A stretch of DNA of 64,000 bases. It comes from Raillietiella orientalis. Its lineage: Eukaryota. The stretch is taken from positions 1,302,001-1,366,000 of the forward strand of contig JAYWIR010000023.1 in assembly GCA_036172245.1 (NCBI GenBank), in the 5' to 3' direction. The notes beneath the pieces are model-generated. The model did not search any database. It saw nothing but the letters and a program-made list of their open reading frames with translations, and was not told the DNA's origin. This document shows, piece by piece, positions 14,901-29,149 of the stretch. Positions within the stretch are counted from its first letter, which is position 1. Every line of letters begins with the position of its first letter. Both the position numbers and the translations under genes were made by a program.

Positions 14901-16041
14901 GAAGAAAATCGATTCGTTAAGAAGTAATTTGTAAAGGTAGTCTTTAATGTTAAATTCCTTATAAACATCTCAAGATTCCAAGTTCTAAAGCAGCTATGAA
15001 CATGTATTTAATACCCTCCAATGAATCTGCATAAGCGTTTACTGTTAATTACTATTAAGACTGTCAGTGGTGTACTCGGAAAAGATTTTACAGTACGTTT
15101 CTTTTTATAGAAAGTTATCTTTGCTGCCAATACGAAACACGAAGCTCCACTATCTTCTGTCTTTATGTCATTTGGCTTTCACGATCCGATCCTAAGGATT
15201 TTTTACGCAATGCTCTGCCGTCATAAGGTCAATGCTCAACATCACGAATCGTAAAGACTCGTTTCAGATGCAATGCTTTGTTATTCTTTCATTTTTCTGA
15301 AGAAATTTATTAATATATAATCTGTTTCTTGAAAAGTTAAAGGCTTTTTCCGATAGTTTTTTCTGTTCTGTGGTGTTGCAAAAGATACCCACGTCGGAGT
15401 ATGCTTAGTATTGTGCCTGTAAGTTGTTTTTAAGAGTATGTTTTCTTCTATACTCAGCGATTTAAGCCATCATTTAACTTTTGCAAAAATCGTTTCATGG
15501 CATCATGGTTTAGAAAAATGCATCCAACAGGTTCTGCCATTACATTTGCCAACAACCTGCTATGGCCTAAATATCTATCCATTTGCCTATATTTTCTACT
15601 CCCAGTTCTATCAGTTTCCTTCCTAACTTTCAATCCTTTGTCCTGCTTTTCCTTCGAACTTGATTTCTTATTTACTTTAGAATGGTTATCAATATAAACT
15701 TTCAAAGTTACTGCAACAAAAGTTGAAATTGCCTTGATTTCTTTTTCATGAACAGCTTTCCTGTTCCTCTTACTTCAGATAAAATTCGAAAAAGGAAATC
15801 TAAAAGGAAACTTCAGGAAATCCAACATCTGATATCATTCGGGATCTTATCCAGCAAGTATGATGTTTCAGATTAAGGTGAATAATACCTCTGTAAGCAC
15901 CAAGCAACGACAGAGTGCAATGTTGCAATACTTTCAAAATCAATTTCTTAAACATGCAAAACAGGAGGGCGTGGAAAAAGAAAGAAAGAAAAAAAAGAAT
16001 ACAATTTCAATTCAGTTTGAGCTTGTTTATTAAGTAGATAT

Positions 16042-19000
16042 CTAAGTAGAAGCAACTAACTGTTTCAGTTGTTTAAGGACTGTATCCAGCAATCGCTTTT
16101 TATCTCTTTCACTTCTTTTAAGCACTGAAAGCATTTTGCCTTTATCTGCTTCCCGAATTCTGGAAAAAAAATTACATTTAAATAAATAACTCCTTACATT
16201 AAATCATTAACTAACTTTTCCAAGAGAATTATACAGTACTGAGGGTTAACCCTGAGGTATTTACTATTTTCTTTTCCATAATCACTAAAATATGTTGACC
16301 AGTCCCAAGTCATGAAGAGATCGAGCAGTTGACGGAGGTCAAGGAAGCACATCTGCAAAGAGCCTTCTTGGAACCCTGCAACTGGCTCAGACGCTGCAAA
16401 GTCTGTAAAATTTTGTGAATAAACACTCGAAAGATCGTCTCAGCTTACGTTCACACTGAATAACATCCAAATTAACTTGTTGTAGAGCTCCCAATGACAT
16501 CTGCTTGATGTGTTCATCTAATAAGAATCCGAGAAGACGTTTGGCAATTTGTTGGCAAACACACATGCAAGCAGTTTGACAAACTCTATCCTGGAAAAAA
16601 GAATACAATTCCTAGATAAAATATTACGGAATCGGAAATACCGGTAGATCTTCAAAAGACTTAAATGTTTCTTGGAGAAAATCTATCAATTCAGCTATAT
16701 ATGGGGAGCACTGACCACTAGGTTCATGTAATAACCAATTGTACAAAGAAATCTTCACAAACTCATCCACTTTATCTCTTAGGCATCGATAAATCTGTTG
16801 TTCAGTTTCATTTCTTAAATCTTGGTACGTACTGCGGGCATGCAAAGAGATTGTCTGGATGGTACTAGCATCACTTGTATCATTTGCACTAATTACAGGA
16901 TTGGCATATATAGTGATTGAATGCATCAGACCTTAATGAGCTGTTCATGTAATCTTTTAAGCCTTCTTCGCTAGCTTCCTCCAAACACTGGAGACTGACA
17001 CTTATCTGCAAAAGATGTTGCAAATTATGTTTTGATTTCTCGAGAAATTCCATCACACATCCTTTGAAACCTTTGGTTAAAAGTAGGTTAATTGCTTTTC
17101 TCAACATATCTTCTGCTTCATTTGATCTAAATACACAAATGCAACAAACAAACCTATTTGAAATGCTTTCAAACATAAATTACCGGAGATTTAAATCACA
17201 GGAAAATTTGCAACAGTCATCGATGAAATGAAGTAACTGTTGTTGAATAGCTGGAACCATCATTGAAAAAGGAAACTTCTTTGGAAATGTCACCTAATAC
17301 AACATATTATTTACAATTTATGGACCTAACAATTTCCATTCAAATTCTCAAATCAAATACATTGAAAATTACGATCAGTTTCTCCCGAAATACTTTCTTA
17401 ATTGACGATCGGAAACGTTTTATTTTGATTACATGCCAATTTTGTTGACACTCAAATAAAATTCAATGAAGAAAATAAAACATACCAAAGATATTCATGG
17501 GAATAAAAGAAAGGCGGCACATGAACTGATTGCAGATACATATTGACATGTATTCATAGAGATTATTATCTAATAATTCCCCTGGTAGCCATTATACCAT
17601 GGAAATGCTAAGGATATGTTTTCAAAGAAAAAAAAAATCCTAGTTTTTACTCTAAAATTTTTGCAAGAGTTTTGTAAATAATAAAGGGAAATGTGAATAT
17701 TAGAACACAGGTTAAATGCTACCATTAGTTGTCTTTTTTTTTTACTGAAAGAATAGATGCAATACTTCTAATCTGTTATGTTCTATTCATTAATCTAATG
17801 TAACCTCACAGTAAATTAAGATATGTCTCAATATTTAACCAGGAGTCTCTCAGTAGATGTCAAGCACTATAGCAAGAGGACTATTTTATTTCATAACATC
17901 AGGATGTAATAAATAATGCCAACCAGTAAACAGCAATTTTTACCGTTTTCTCACTGTGAGGAAAATTACAAAAATAACGAATATTTCTTGCAACACTACT
18001 CAAAAATAAATCGTTTCACACTAAATTCAATTAAAAGAACAGTGTCAGTTGAAGATACACGTTTGTCTTGAATAGAAGCACAGTAAAGCATCCAAAAAAG
18101 TTTACATTCTTTTCTGTCCCCCAGAAGTTTCTAGTTATAAGCGTTTTGGCTCAAAAAAAATAGTTCTCAGATTTATACGAATGAAAATTTTCCAGCAAAA
18201 TAATCAACAAAATAAAAAAGGATAAATATAGAATCATATTCAACAATACCGTTTCCTCGTTTTGCAGGAAAGGAAACTGGGATATTATTTCATTGTATTC
18301 CTTCTGATTGTGTGCAAAAATAGGTTGACAGTAATCTGCATTACAGATTCTTGCAAACACCTATCAGTAAAACAATCAATTTTGACAGGTTTTACAAAAT
18401 GTTTCACTAATTTCAATTTCAGAAACTTTTGAACTTGAAGCAAACAGTAGTCATGCACACAACAGGCTATTTCTTTGATAGTTTGAAGTGAAAAGATCAT
18501 TCACTACAAAAATGCAACATTTGGCAAAAATTTTCTGGAGGGAATTAACATAATTTTCAGATTTTTTTTTTTTTAAAGAAACTCATGCTTATAAACAATT
18601 CAACAAAAGCAGACGAGTAAAAGTTTTCAAATATGCTAAAGGAGCAGAACAAAAATTTATGCTTTCTTCACACATAACATCAATGCACTGTAAAAAAGTG
18701 GAGGACCTCCCATGGTTTTAAAAAAACTATACCATAAGGAACTATTTATAAAAAATAATAAACAAAATACTTTGGAACATTTACAAATTTTTCATCACAA
18801 ACAAGAATGAAAGAAAAACTTGTAAATTAGAACTCATGCAAGACAAATGTAAACAAAACGGAAAAATTTCATTTATTTTTAAAGTACATAAACAGTTACA
18901 GGGATAGTTTCAAACAGAAACAGTTTGATTAATATGCAAACTGAATCATAATATGTAATTTATTTTAAAGCTAATCAGTTATTCAACTTCTGCTGATTTT

Positions 19001-22000
19001 GAGCACTTAAAAGAGGCAGAGAAGAGCATTCTGATCCACATTAATTTAAATGACATTACTGATATGCTACAAAATCTGTGCAGTTGGCAAAACAAACACA
19101 TCTAGAAGCAAAAAGTGCAACGTAATCATATCTCCAAAAAAGGATCATGAAGTCACAAAAACACACATAACTGTATAAATATGGATATATTTATGCAAAC
19201 ACTTGCCTGCGTGCATTCTTGCACCAAAATTTCTATATAGTGATCTTGCATATCCAACAACACAGCGCTTAATTCTTTTGCTGAATAGCCATATGCCTGA
19301 ATAATTCAAAGTGATACATAAATCACATGAGAATCCACATAGTCATGATTAATTTAAGCAAAGATTTTCTTTTAAAAGTTAGTACTTGAGATATACATTA
19401 CCTCCATACACTGACCAAACATAAGAACAAGATCTTTGATTTGAATGATTACATCATGACTAGCACACTGTGCCTACAAGAAAAAACAGTGTGACTTCTT
19501 TGATCTGTAAAATTTTCTCAAAACTACACATTAATAAAAAATCAACTAATCAACTCAGATGTACTGCAATACATCAAATGCATGAACAAAGCACTGTAAC
19601 ATGGAAAAATGAAATTAAATTACAATTTTAAATTATAAATAATCAACAAAAGAATGACAGACGTGGCTATGTGAATTGTAATTTCATTCTCTCTTACATA
19701 CATAAGAAAACAGTTGTGAATGCTGAGTAAATGAAAGAACTAAAACAATTTAGTCAATCTGCTTCTAATTTCTCATCAACATTAACTTACGATTGGATTT
19801 TTGAGAGCTGCAATCATCTTTGAAAGAACGAATTTCCACATCTCGTCCACATAAGTTTTATTTACTAAGTCAGCTGCTGTGTTCAGCAAATGATCTTCCA
19901 CCATGAAGAATCCCAGAATACCAAAGAAATATTGCTGATATTCTTCAACCGTGTTCTACATGGGAAAAATTATGAAATGAAATAACTTCCGATTACGATT
20001 TGCAATTATTGGATTTTTACTGCATCAGTTCTTGCATGCAATACCATTACCTTAGTTATGTGTTTCATGAAACTCATACTTTATGATACTTTCATTGCAA
20101 AGTGTTTTTTTTTTTTTTATGATTTTTGATAATTTGCATAAAAAAAAAAAAAGGAAATACATGTTAAAGGAAAAAAATTCGGGAGTGATTTCTCAAGCTA
20201 AAGCTTGCATGAATTTCTTATGCTCATTTCTCATTTCAGAAAAAGAAAGGATAGTTGATAGAACTACAGCAATTTACACAAAATCAGAAAACCTTTATCC
20301 TTTAAGGTTACTGTTTTTTGCAGCTCAAATTCTGAACCTCTACAATTAACAGTAAGACTACAATAATGAACTTTGGTATTGCATGCTAGTTTTTTCTTCA
20401 CATTAAAAGGCACTATGCATATGCAGAAATAGACTTCAGAAATTTTTGTTCATAAGAGTCCATGAGTGCTCTAATATACAAATATTCAAGAATTCATATT
20501 GCCACAGAACATGATTATCACGAATTTTTTCAAATTTGATCTACCACCCATTTTATGAAAACAATTTAAAACGAGCACTGCAATTGAAGATGCAATAACA
20601 AAAATGCATCAATATGAATGAAAACACAAAACATATCCCAAAATCCCTCAAATTGCATCAACATGCATTTCTTCAGTTGGCAAATCCAGAAGCAAATAAA
20701 TAAACATGAATTCATTTGGAATGAAGGGGAAAAAGAATTTGGCAGCAAGCTAAACAAGATGAATTTTGTAAAATCTCAATGGAAGAAATAAACCAATACC
20801 AGAATTCATTCAAGAAAACTGTTTGTGAAAGCAGTCTGGAATCTGTAGAATAGATAAATAAATAAAAAAAATTGATATTTTCAAAAACAAACAAATGCAA
20901 GAAATAATGAATCCTGATTCAATTTATCATGTGCATGTCTTTGAAACTATCAAGAGCATTCCAGTCCTAAACATCGTACTCTTTGCATGCCTTAATAGTA
21001 CACTTTTAACAAGCACTTCACAAATTTTGGTGTGAAATGTAAAACAAAGTTCATGCAAACACCAAGCATTTACTTGCAACATAAGTTTCTGGAAGAATTT
21101 TCTGTGGGAATATAGATTAGTTAAAGCTACTTTCTTTTCTTTAAAGTTCAATCATAACTTAAAATTTCACTGCCTTGCAAAACCTTTCAAGTCTTTTGAA
21201 ATGATATCTGAATCCACAAACCATATCATGAGACAATCTTCAATAAGATCATTATTTATTAACAAAATCAAAACTGAATATCTCTCCATAAGCAGAAATA
21301 TGAGTAAATTTTACATAATCACTAGTACTCACCATATTTAATGGAGGCTTCAGGGTCAGTTTTACCTGCTGCCATCTTTGTTTCTGATAATAGGCTATAA
21401 ATGAACTTTTGTCATCCTACAAATTTACACATTTTTTTGCATTCATTCATTATTAAACTTTATTACCAGAGCAGTATGGATGTGAAGACATCTGTACACA
21501 GGTGAAAAATCAATTAAATCTGTAGCATTGACATCTTCATCATCATTCTCTTGAAATGTTTTTACTTCTATCTCTTTTTGCTGTATGGACATCTGAGGAT
21601 AAAATCATTCATTCTGTTTTAAAGCATTACATAGTTACAGTAACACATAATATGAAAAAATCCTTTCTAAATAATATCTCATATCAAAAAAAAATAAATA
21701 AATAAATGGAGAGAAAATAGGAGCTCTGATGACATAAATAAATGCAACCAATGTTCCTACTTTTTGAAACATTGGTACTACTAGCAGGAAAATGACTGTT
21801 TGATTATAGAAAACTTGAAAGAATGAAAAATTAAAAGCAAGTTGTATGACTGTAAGATATTTCAAATTTCCTTGCTCTAAAGTCAATATGCATTCCACAC
21901 TAGGTTCCGAAATTTATGTACCTCAATTGCCTAATAGTTGAATATAATCAGCAACTTATCATATGAAGGTTGCAAAATCGTTATTTGGACCAACTCTTAC

Positions 22001-24648
22001 CTGGTTGACAGCTATGTGACCTATTCTTGGAGAGATTTCACGTATATTTTCCAAAAAGTCTTTCAATTCTACCAAAGCATCAGCCTTGATATTATCCTTT
22101 TTTTTCTGAAAACTACTTAGCATCAAACTAAAGAATCTATATTTAGGCAAGTATTTGAGATCATGATCTTGAAGTTGGTTTAAAATTTTGAGACCACTAT
22201 AAAATCTGAAATTACAAATATTTCAGCCTGATACTTGAGAATTCAAAAACTTTAGTCCTAACACAATATAGATGCAACATCTCCCAACAATGCAACATCT
22301 CCCATTCTTAAATACATTAACTTTGCAGAAAAAATCTTACTCTAAAGCCAAATATAACAATCACTAACTTCCTATCTCGTACCAGCTGCTTCATCTTTTC
22401 ATAAGTCAGCAAAACAGACTGTATTTGTTTTAATGCATTTATTACTAATGCAATGTTATAAGAACGCTGGCGAACTTGCTTCAATTCAGACTTGACATTA
22501 CAAACAGATTTTATGGATTTCTGCAAGCCATCCTCAATTCCTGCCACTTCTTCCTGAAACCATACTCTGAAGTCAAATTTTTGAGATATTGCATGCAATC
22601 AACATAAAATCAATCAAACACAAATTAGACACATATGTGAATACCAACTTCTCATTGATAATATTCATGATGAATAAATGATTAAAGATTTTTGTCATAG
22701 TGTTTAAACCATTGCTTAAACGAAAAGAAATTTTTGGGGACAAAGATAAAACAATACTGCAGCATAACCAAAACATCTAGCTTCCAGGGAGATTCTTCCA
22801 CATGTTCTGTTTCAATTCTTTCCATTTAATATCCAGTTTGTTGAATATTTGTAAAAATAATGTACATGATCAGAATTTCCGCATTTTCAAAGTTGAAAAT
22901 GCGGAAATTGCCTGGCTGACAGCTATGTGACCCATTCTTGAAGTGCTTGTTGTCCAAGTGTACAAAACATGTGATACTCTCCATTCCACGCTGTATTTAT
23001 TTATCTCAACACAAATAACCTTTATAATTCGTGAACTGAGTGAATTGCCCCAAAGTGCAAAGCATAATTTGAGACAATAGTTTTAAAGAACTTATCATGA
23101 TAAATTATTGCAAACATGATTGTCGACTGAATATCTGGTGAAAATTATATGATGGGTTATACTATCATTGTATCACAAACCTATACATTAATGTTAAGAA
23201 CCATGAAGCAACAACTGAAACTTTTACATTGTACTCTTAATTGTACATTGTACATTTTTCATCCCTTAGAGAAACAAAATAATACATCATGGTTTGTACA
23301 TGTCCTGGCATTACCAGGATGAACTGTCAGTGGCCTCCAGTAGGGTAACGAGGTGGGAATGACTGCAAGAATTCTACGAACATTTATTACACATACCAAA
23401 ATTGAATAAATTAGGAAAAAATCTGTTATTTATCCATGGTGAGATGAAGAGTGTTAGCACACAAGTAATTACGATGGGATACAGGAACAGGCTATGACTT
23501 TCCAATTAAAAGTGGCCTACATGCTTCACAATTACAGTTATCATAAACAGAAATCTACATGAATATAAACTTATCACTAAACTCAATTTGCATCTAGTCA
23601 CATAATCTGTTTCATACATAATCACTAATATAAACAACATAATTATTTTTATAATAACACATTGATAGTATAAGGGAATAGTAATACCTTCAGCTGGACA
23701 AACTTGGTACGCACTTCAAGCAGCTCCTTCACAAATTCAATGAATCCCTCATAATAATGACTACATAGTTTCTCAATTTCTTTATCATGGTGCTTTATGC
23801 GCAAGTCCAATTTCTGCATAAACTTTTCATGATCATTTCCATCGTAAATCGCTCTACAATGCAATAGGCTTACATTATTACATGTTCCAGTTATCAATAA
23901 ACTCTAATGATGCTATACTACAAAACAGCACTGCATGCTTTGTCAAATAAGCAATACTAAACAAAAGAATTAGCAATATGGTGTTAAATAAAAACTGCAC
24001 TACTCTTTGCTCTTTTCATTTCATTTATGCAAAATACTTCATGCTATGCAAAAGTTAACAAAATCATGGCAATTTCGTCAACATTCCAAACACAAAAATC
24101 TTGCTAAACTTGAATAATATCGTGCATATTACCAAAGCAGTACGTCATTGCACAAGCAGCTAAAAATCATCTAAATTTAATATCTGAATGCTCTTGCAGC
24201 TAAACTACTTCAGTTGAAACAGGCATATTCAATATCAAATACCTTATAACAGTGACAACACTTCCTATTAATGCATCCTCTGATTCATCTAGAAAATGGT
24301 CAAATTTCCCGCAAGAAATATTCGTGGCTTGATAAGATAAGATATTGAAATTCTCTCAACACAGAATTTAAAATACATTGAAACAAATAAGTCAAGGCAG
24401 TCATAAAGTACACAAGCTCTTCATATCTTTTAAACATTCGTACATACATTTCTGTTACTTATATCTTCAAAGTTATTGAGCATTGTATTATAATAAAAAA
24501 CAAAAAACAAAAAATACCTGAATGTTGGTCCCCAAAATTCATCAATTGTTTCAATTTCTGTTAAATATAGGTCATAAAATTCACTTAACAGTTTGTTTTC
24601 GTCATAAAATTGTTTTTGATTCTTAGTAGTATTCGTTTTTATACTCAT
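16042..24648 (-). CDS. EXOC6: Exocyst complex component 6 (Sec15), 16 exons: 24648-24518, 23853-23688, 22553-22369, 22205-22001, 21592-21467, 21416-21333, 19955-19791, 19473-19402, 19296-19207, 18360-18250, 17293-17184, 17126-16932, 16888-16642, 16590-16449, 16402-16216, 16159-16042
   Basis: Exons join in frame (2334 nt, 777 aa + TAG). Sec15 signatures: WGPTFR, RIKHHDKEIEKLC..YYEGFI, LKDFLENIR, DLIDFSPVYRCLHI, GFFMVEDH, PKKFPFS, DLRQLLDLFMTWDWSTYFSDYG..SKYLRVNP, ERDKKRLLDTVLKQL. Confidence 0.96.
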
Positions 24649-25879
24649 AATATATCATTTGAGACTAAAACATTTTTACACTATGCTGTGAAGGTTCCAA
24701 AGTACACTCACACACACACACACTACAACAACAACGAAAAAAAAAAAACCAAGAAATAGAATACGCACGCAGTCAAATTTCCCAGTCACTTAGCAGTTCA
24801 TCAAACTTATAAACGTAGTAGAAATAAATGTTGCACAGCTGCAGGATTTTCCAAAAATCTTTGGCACGCGGGAATTGAATCGTTTTTTCTCATTAGCTCG
24901 TAAAGTTCCAAATAATTTTAATGTACGCAACTCGTACTCCGTACAATTTTTTCCCCAACGCCTTGTACACACATTTCTGCTAAACACATCACCCATTCAA
25001 AGCCCTATTAATCATCATATCTTAGAAAAAGGCCCCACAAGAAGTAAAATGCTGGTTTCCCGGACTTTATTAATGCTTCGATTTTGAATGTTTTCTCGTA
25101 TGTATGCTTTTGTAAGCAAAAGAAATGAAAAGACAGTTCGATTCTTTGAAGTGAAACAGGGCATTTCATCTTTAGTCGGCAAAATTGTTTACTGTGTATT
25201 GAGATAACCCCTTTGCAATTCTAGAGACGTGGAAAATTTTCGGATTCGAGGTTCGAGGTTAAACTACGAATGCATGTAACGAGCTTTGCTAAACGTTTGC
25301 TTACCAGAAGCGTTTGTTATAATCGAATCCATGACTAAAGAATAACCAAAAGCAAACTCATGTTTAGTTCAATACTTTTATTTGAGGTTTTTACTTTTCA
25401 CAAGCTTCATGAATGATCTCGGGGAAGGGTGGTTTTCAATGAGCGACAAACTGGGGATTCCCTCGTGCATAAATTCCAGTTTTGCTGCCATTTAGAATTC
25501 GTCGATGTGCAGTGCCAGAATATCCAAGTTAAAACGTTCGTGATGAATTTATGTTTAAGGATTTCACAAATTTGCAAAACTGTTGAGGTGGCGCAAATTC
25601 GGTGGGCACTTTGTACGAAAGGTATGAATATGTGTAAAACTGAAAATGTGGGCATAAAGGATACCTTAATATTATGCCTTCTCTTTCCATACGCAGAGAA
25701 AGATGCTCGAAAATGCCCAAAAGATAACGATGAATTTCTCAAATTGAATAGATATACATATATATAACCGCTTGGTTATACAGCAGCGGCAATCACAGCA
25801 GCGCCGATATAATGTTTGATAGTAAATGATTCACTTCTAACAAAGTTGCTTTCCTATGTATACTGTTATGGGTATTACA

Positions 25880-28100
25880 GTATGAAGAACCTGAAATCAT
25901 GAACGAGAGATGAGAATGGGGCAGGGTGGAGATGGATCAAGACGGCAGTGGACTGGAATGAAAACGGGTTTGGGCTCGAAGCGTTCGCGTGCTGGGCTGA
26001 GGTGAAGTGGAGCAGCGGAAGCAGTGAGCAAATTCGGTGAGCACACAACCTTCGGTTTCCTGGAAAACGGGCTGCTACTCGCACACGACCAGAGACGAAT
26101 TTTTTAAGCTCGTGCGAGCGACGTCATCATCAGCAGGAGGTGGTGAGGGAAGAGGGTTGGGGGCGAGGGAAAAGCAGGAGGAAAATTTGTCCGCGAGTCC
26201 CACCGTTGGAAGTGCTGTTGGAAGTGCCCAGTGACCAGGGGCGAAGTGATCCGACCTGGGAAGGCGGCTTGACACCTTCTCCTCTCCTCTCCTTCCTGTG
26301 AGGATGTATCGTTGTGATTTCGAGTGTGCGCGGGATCGCGCCACCAGCCGCGCCTCGTGGTCGCAGGCGCGGGACGAGTCGCGGAAAGCGACGAGTCCGG
26401 AGGAGGTGCACTCGACGGGAATTCCCTCCTGAGCCAGCAGGTCCGAGAACGGTCCAGGTGAGTGAGTTCCGTGATGCTGCAGAAGCTCAGCAGAGACCAG
26501 CCCTTCTCCAAGGCAGTTGCATCCCAAATCTCTCCGAAAGACTGAGGAAAACGCTCTCGCGAACCAAGAGACTCGGGAGGCGGGTTCCGAGACGTCTGCA
26601 GCCGCATCCCGGAAGTCTTTCTCCGTCGCCGTCGCTCCAAGAGGTCGTTGCCGCCGCCGTCCCTTTTATCCCCTTCCTGAAACCTGGAAACGGGTTTGTA
26701 CTCCTCTTTCAACGGTTTCGTGAGGACAAATGGCCAAGCTCGCTTCTGAAGCGGGCAGTGGCTCCTCTGGAACGCTTCCCTCAGCAGTCTCCACGTGAAT
26801 CTTCACAGCTTCAGCATCTTCCCGCCTAGAGGGAAATCTGACATGACGCACTTCTGCTCCTCGTGACTCCCAGCTCACCCCCCGGCGACGCAACGCAGAT
26901 CACCTCCCTCTTCAAAGTCATCACGAGACAAGCGGAGATACGAAAGCTGCAGGATACAGAAAAGCCTCCCAGCGATCACTTCTTGGGGAAGGGGATTTCT
27001 TCGGGCATCTTTCCTTCCAGTGGCCCCAAGGTCTCGTGCTGCAACGTGTTCGCCGCCGTGGCACGCGTACATGGGCGGCCTCCTCTCCTCTGATGTGCAT
27101 CCCTCTGTATTCTTTCTGGAGCGGGAGGGGATGAAGCTCGATCCGGAAGCAGCATGGCTACCATAGGAAATCTGCATGGGTCTCTATTTTCGTGCCGCTC
27201 GCGGCCTCCCTTCGGCACTTCGCGGGGAAGGGAAAGGAGGGAGGGGGGGGGGGGAACCCCGCTGCTCGTCGGTGCCCTCGGAAGGGCGCACCGGCAACCA
27301 GGGGCTCCTCGAAACGCGCCGCTTCCCTCAGCATCACCCAACTATCCTGCCCAAAGCGAATCCAAGCAGCGCCGCCTCCCTGAAAGCAGTGCGTGTATCG
27401 GTGGCACCAAGGCGCGCTTGGATTCACGTAGAAAGCGGCGCCAATGTCGACCAGGTTCCTTTCCTGAACGACCGCGTCGGAGGCTGCGAGAAGGAGGAAA
27501 AAGTGAGGGGAACGCACGCTCGCGGGGCGGGGGCTTCCTCTCGAAAATCTCCCGCTCGTTGCTAGGGGGAATGCTTCCGACAGAAGCGCTCCTGCATCTC
27601 GGAGCAGGACTCCCTCCAGTGGGCTTCTGGACCCAAGACCCAGAAAGTCGTGTGTCCGCACCGATGCCTGACCTCTTGCTTTCGTGACTCCCCTGAAGTT
27701 CTTCTCGGGTCAGGAAGCTTCCGCGTTTCCAGCCATGCGACCATCACGTCCCAAGTCGCAAGATCGCAAGACCAGTAGCCACTCCTGTTCCCATTGGAAA
27801 CGGACCCGGGAGCAAGGTATCCGTGGGAAGAACCAGAGCATCAGAAACCCTGGTTCCGGCGCATTCCAATTTTCCGTTCCCGCCAAGGTTGACGCTTGTC
27901 GCCCGGGGTCAGCTTCTTTGCTGACGGTACTGCTCGAGGTCACAGGGAATGAGAGCCTGACAATCCTCTCCAGGACGCTTTCGTAGGCGGCGGTGGCGCT
28001 CGGAAGAGTCCTCCGGCCCTCCCGTAGGTCTTCCAGGAGTCGCCGCGCGTATCGTGCTCCACTCCTGAAGGAACAACTTACACACATCCGCGCAGCTTCC
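25880..28100 (-). pseudogene. Endogenous viral L fragment: N-terminal region to RdRp motifs B-D (GC-rich copy)
   Basis: MLLPDRASSP (27126-27155; LLxDKAxSP), RGAEVRHVRF..HVETAEGSVPEEPLP (motif F region), RGAAGGAIPRTLEITTI (~26305-26357; degenerate motif B). Collinear. Confidence 0.62.
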
Positions 28101-28337
28101 TCGTAGATTTCTTTTCTTATCTTTTTTTTAATCCTGTATCTCCTGAGCATTCGGTTGCACAAACACTCTCCGTAGTTTCCTTCATCTTCCCCCCCACCAT
28201 GATTAATTGCTTAACTGCTTTAGGAATACACAAACCAGGGCCTATTTGATCCACGAAAGTCCACCTGAGCCATTCGTTGCAGTAGTCAGATCGTCACGTT
28301 AGCAAGAAATCCTTTCGGGCTCCTTCCCTTTCAAGAG

Positions 28338-28438
28338 TGACGTCAGTGAGCTGTCTCGGACTCGTTTCCGCGGCACGCACGTGATTTGCCGGCGGTCTCA
28401 GAGGTCACGTGCTTCGTATACGTCAATAAATGGCCGCC
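28338..28438 (+). promoter_or_regulatory. Promoter-like motif cluster: CRE, two E-boxes, CRE half-site, YY1-like motif
   Basis: TGACGTCA 28338-28345; CACGTG 28378-28383 and 28406-28411; TACGTCA 28419-28425; AAATGGCCGCC 28428-28438. Activity is not shown. Confidence 0.4.
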
Positions 28439-29149
28439 GTTTCTTGCCGGGTATTTTCTGCTTTTGTCGAGACCGGGGCGCTTGCGTGCCACCCGGTGTT
28501 CTTTACTTTGTGGAACTCTCAGGAGCTCCTGAACAGCCAAGCAGCAAATGCATGGGTCCGCAATTTTCCTTCGACTGACCTTCCACTTGTCGAGGCTGGC
28601 CACAGCCGAACGTATGCAACTGACCGGGTTATGCAATTAAGAAGAGAGTACTGCACCCTACACGACACTAGCAAATGGCTATTATTCGGATCGCAGTTTT
28701 CCCTAATGATGGATCACGCGGAAATAATAGACTAATGGAAACCAATGGATAATCGCTGCAACTTCATCCATTATTAATTGGTACTAATGTGTGCATACCT
28801 ACTGTTTAACGAAGGCACCGCGCACATTAACCTGTCAATAGCAAATCGTGATCGTGTTGTGTACATGACGCGAGTGTACGCACATATGCATATGTGCGTT
28901 TACCTATCCATAACTGCGCGTGCGTGCGTGCTTGTTCTAGAGCGTACAGTTTCCCGAATCCAACACAGCGAGAAGATAAACTGGAAGCTGAAAATTAGCA
29001 GACATACACAGAGAAGATGTAATCAGAATGAAGAAAAAGAGTGAGAGGACAGTAAACAGACAGTGAGGGAGACACAGAGAAGAAGTTTTCATCAATTTTT
29101 TTTCTTTCCTCTTTTGATTTGTGATGCTGACCTCAGATTCCTTTTTCTC

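Noticed and set aside
17484..17607. Extra Sec15 exon (AG...GT-bounded segment)
   Set aside because: Stops in all three frames, and the protein is complete without it.
25407..25767. Overlapping 111-112 aa ORFs upstream of Sec15 as a divergent gene
   Set aside because: No recognisable domain or multi-exon continuation.
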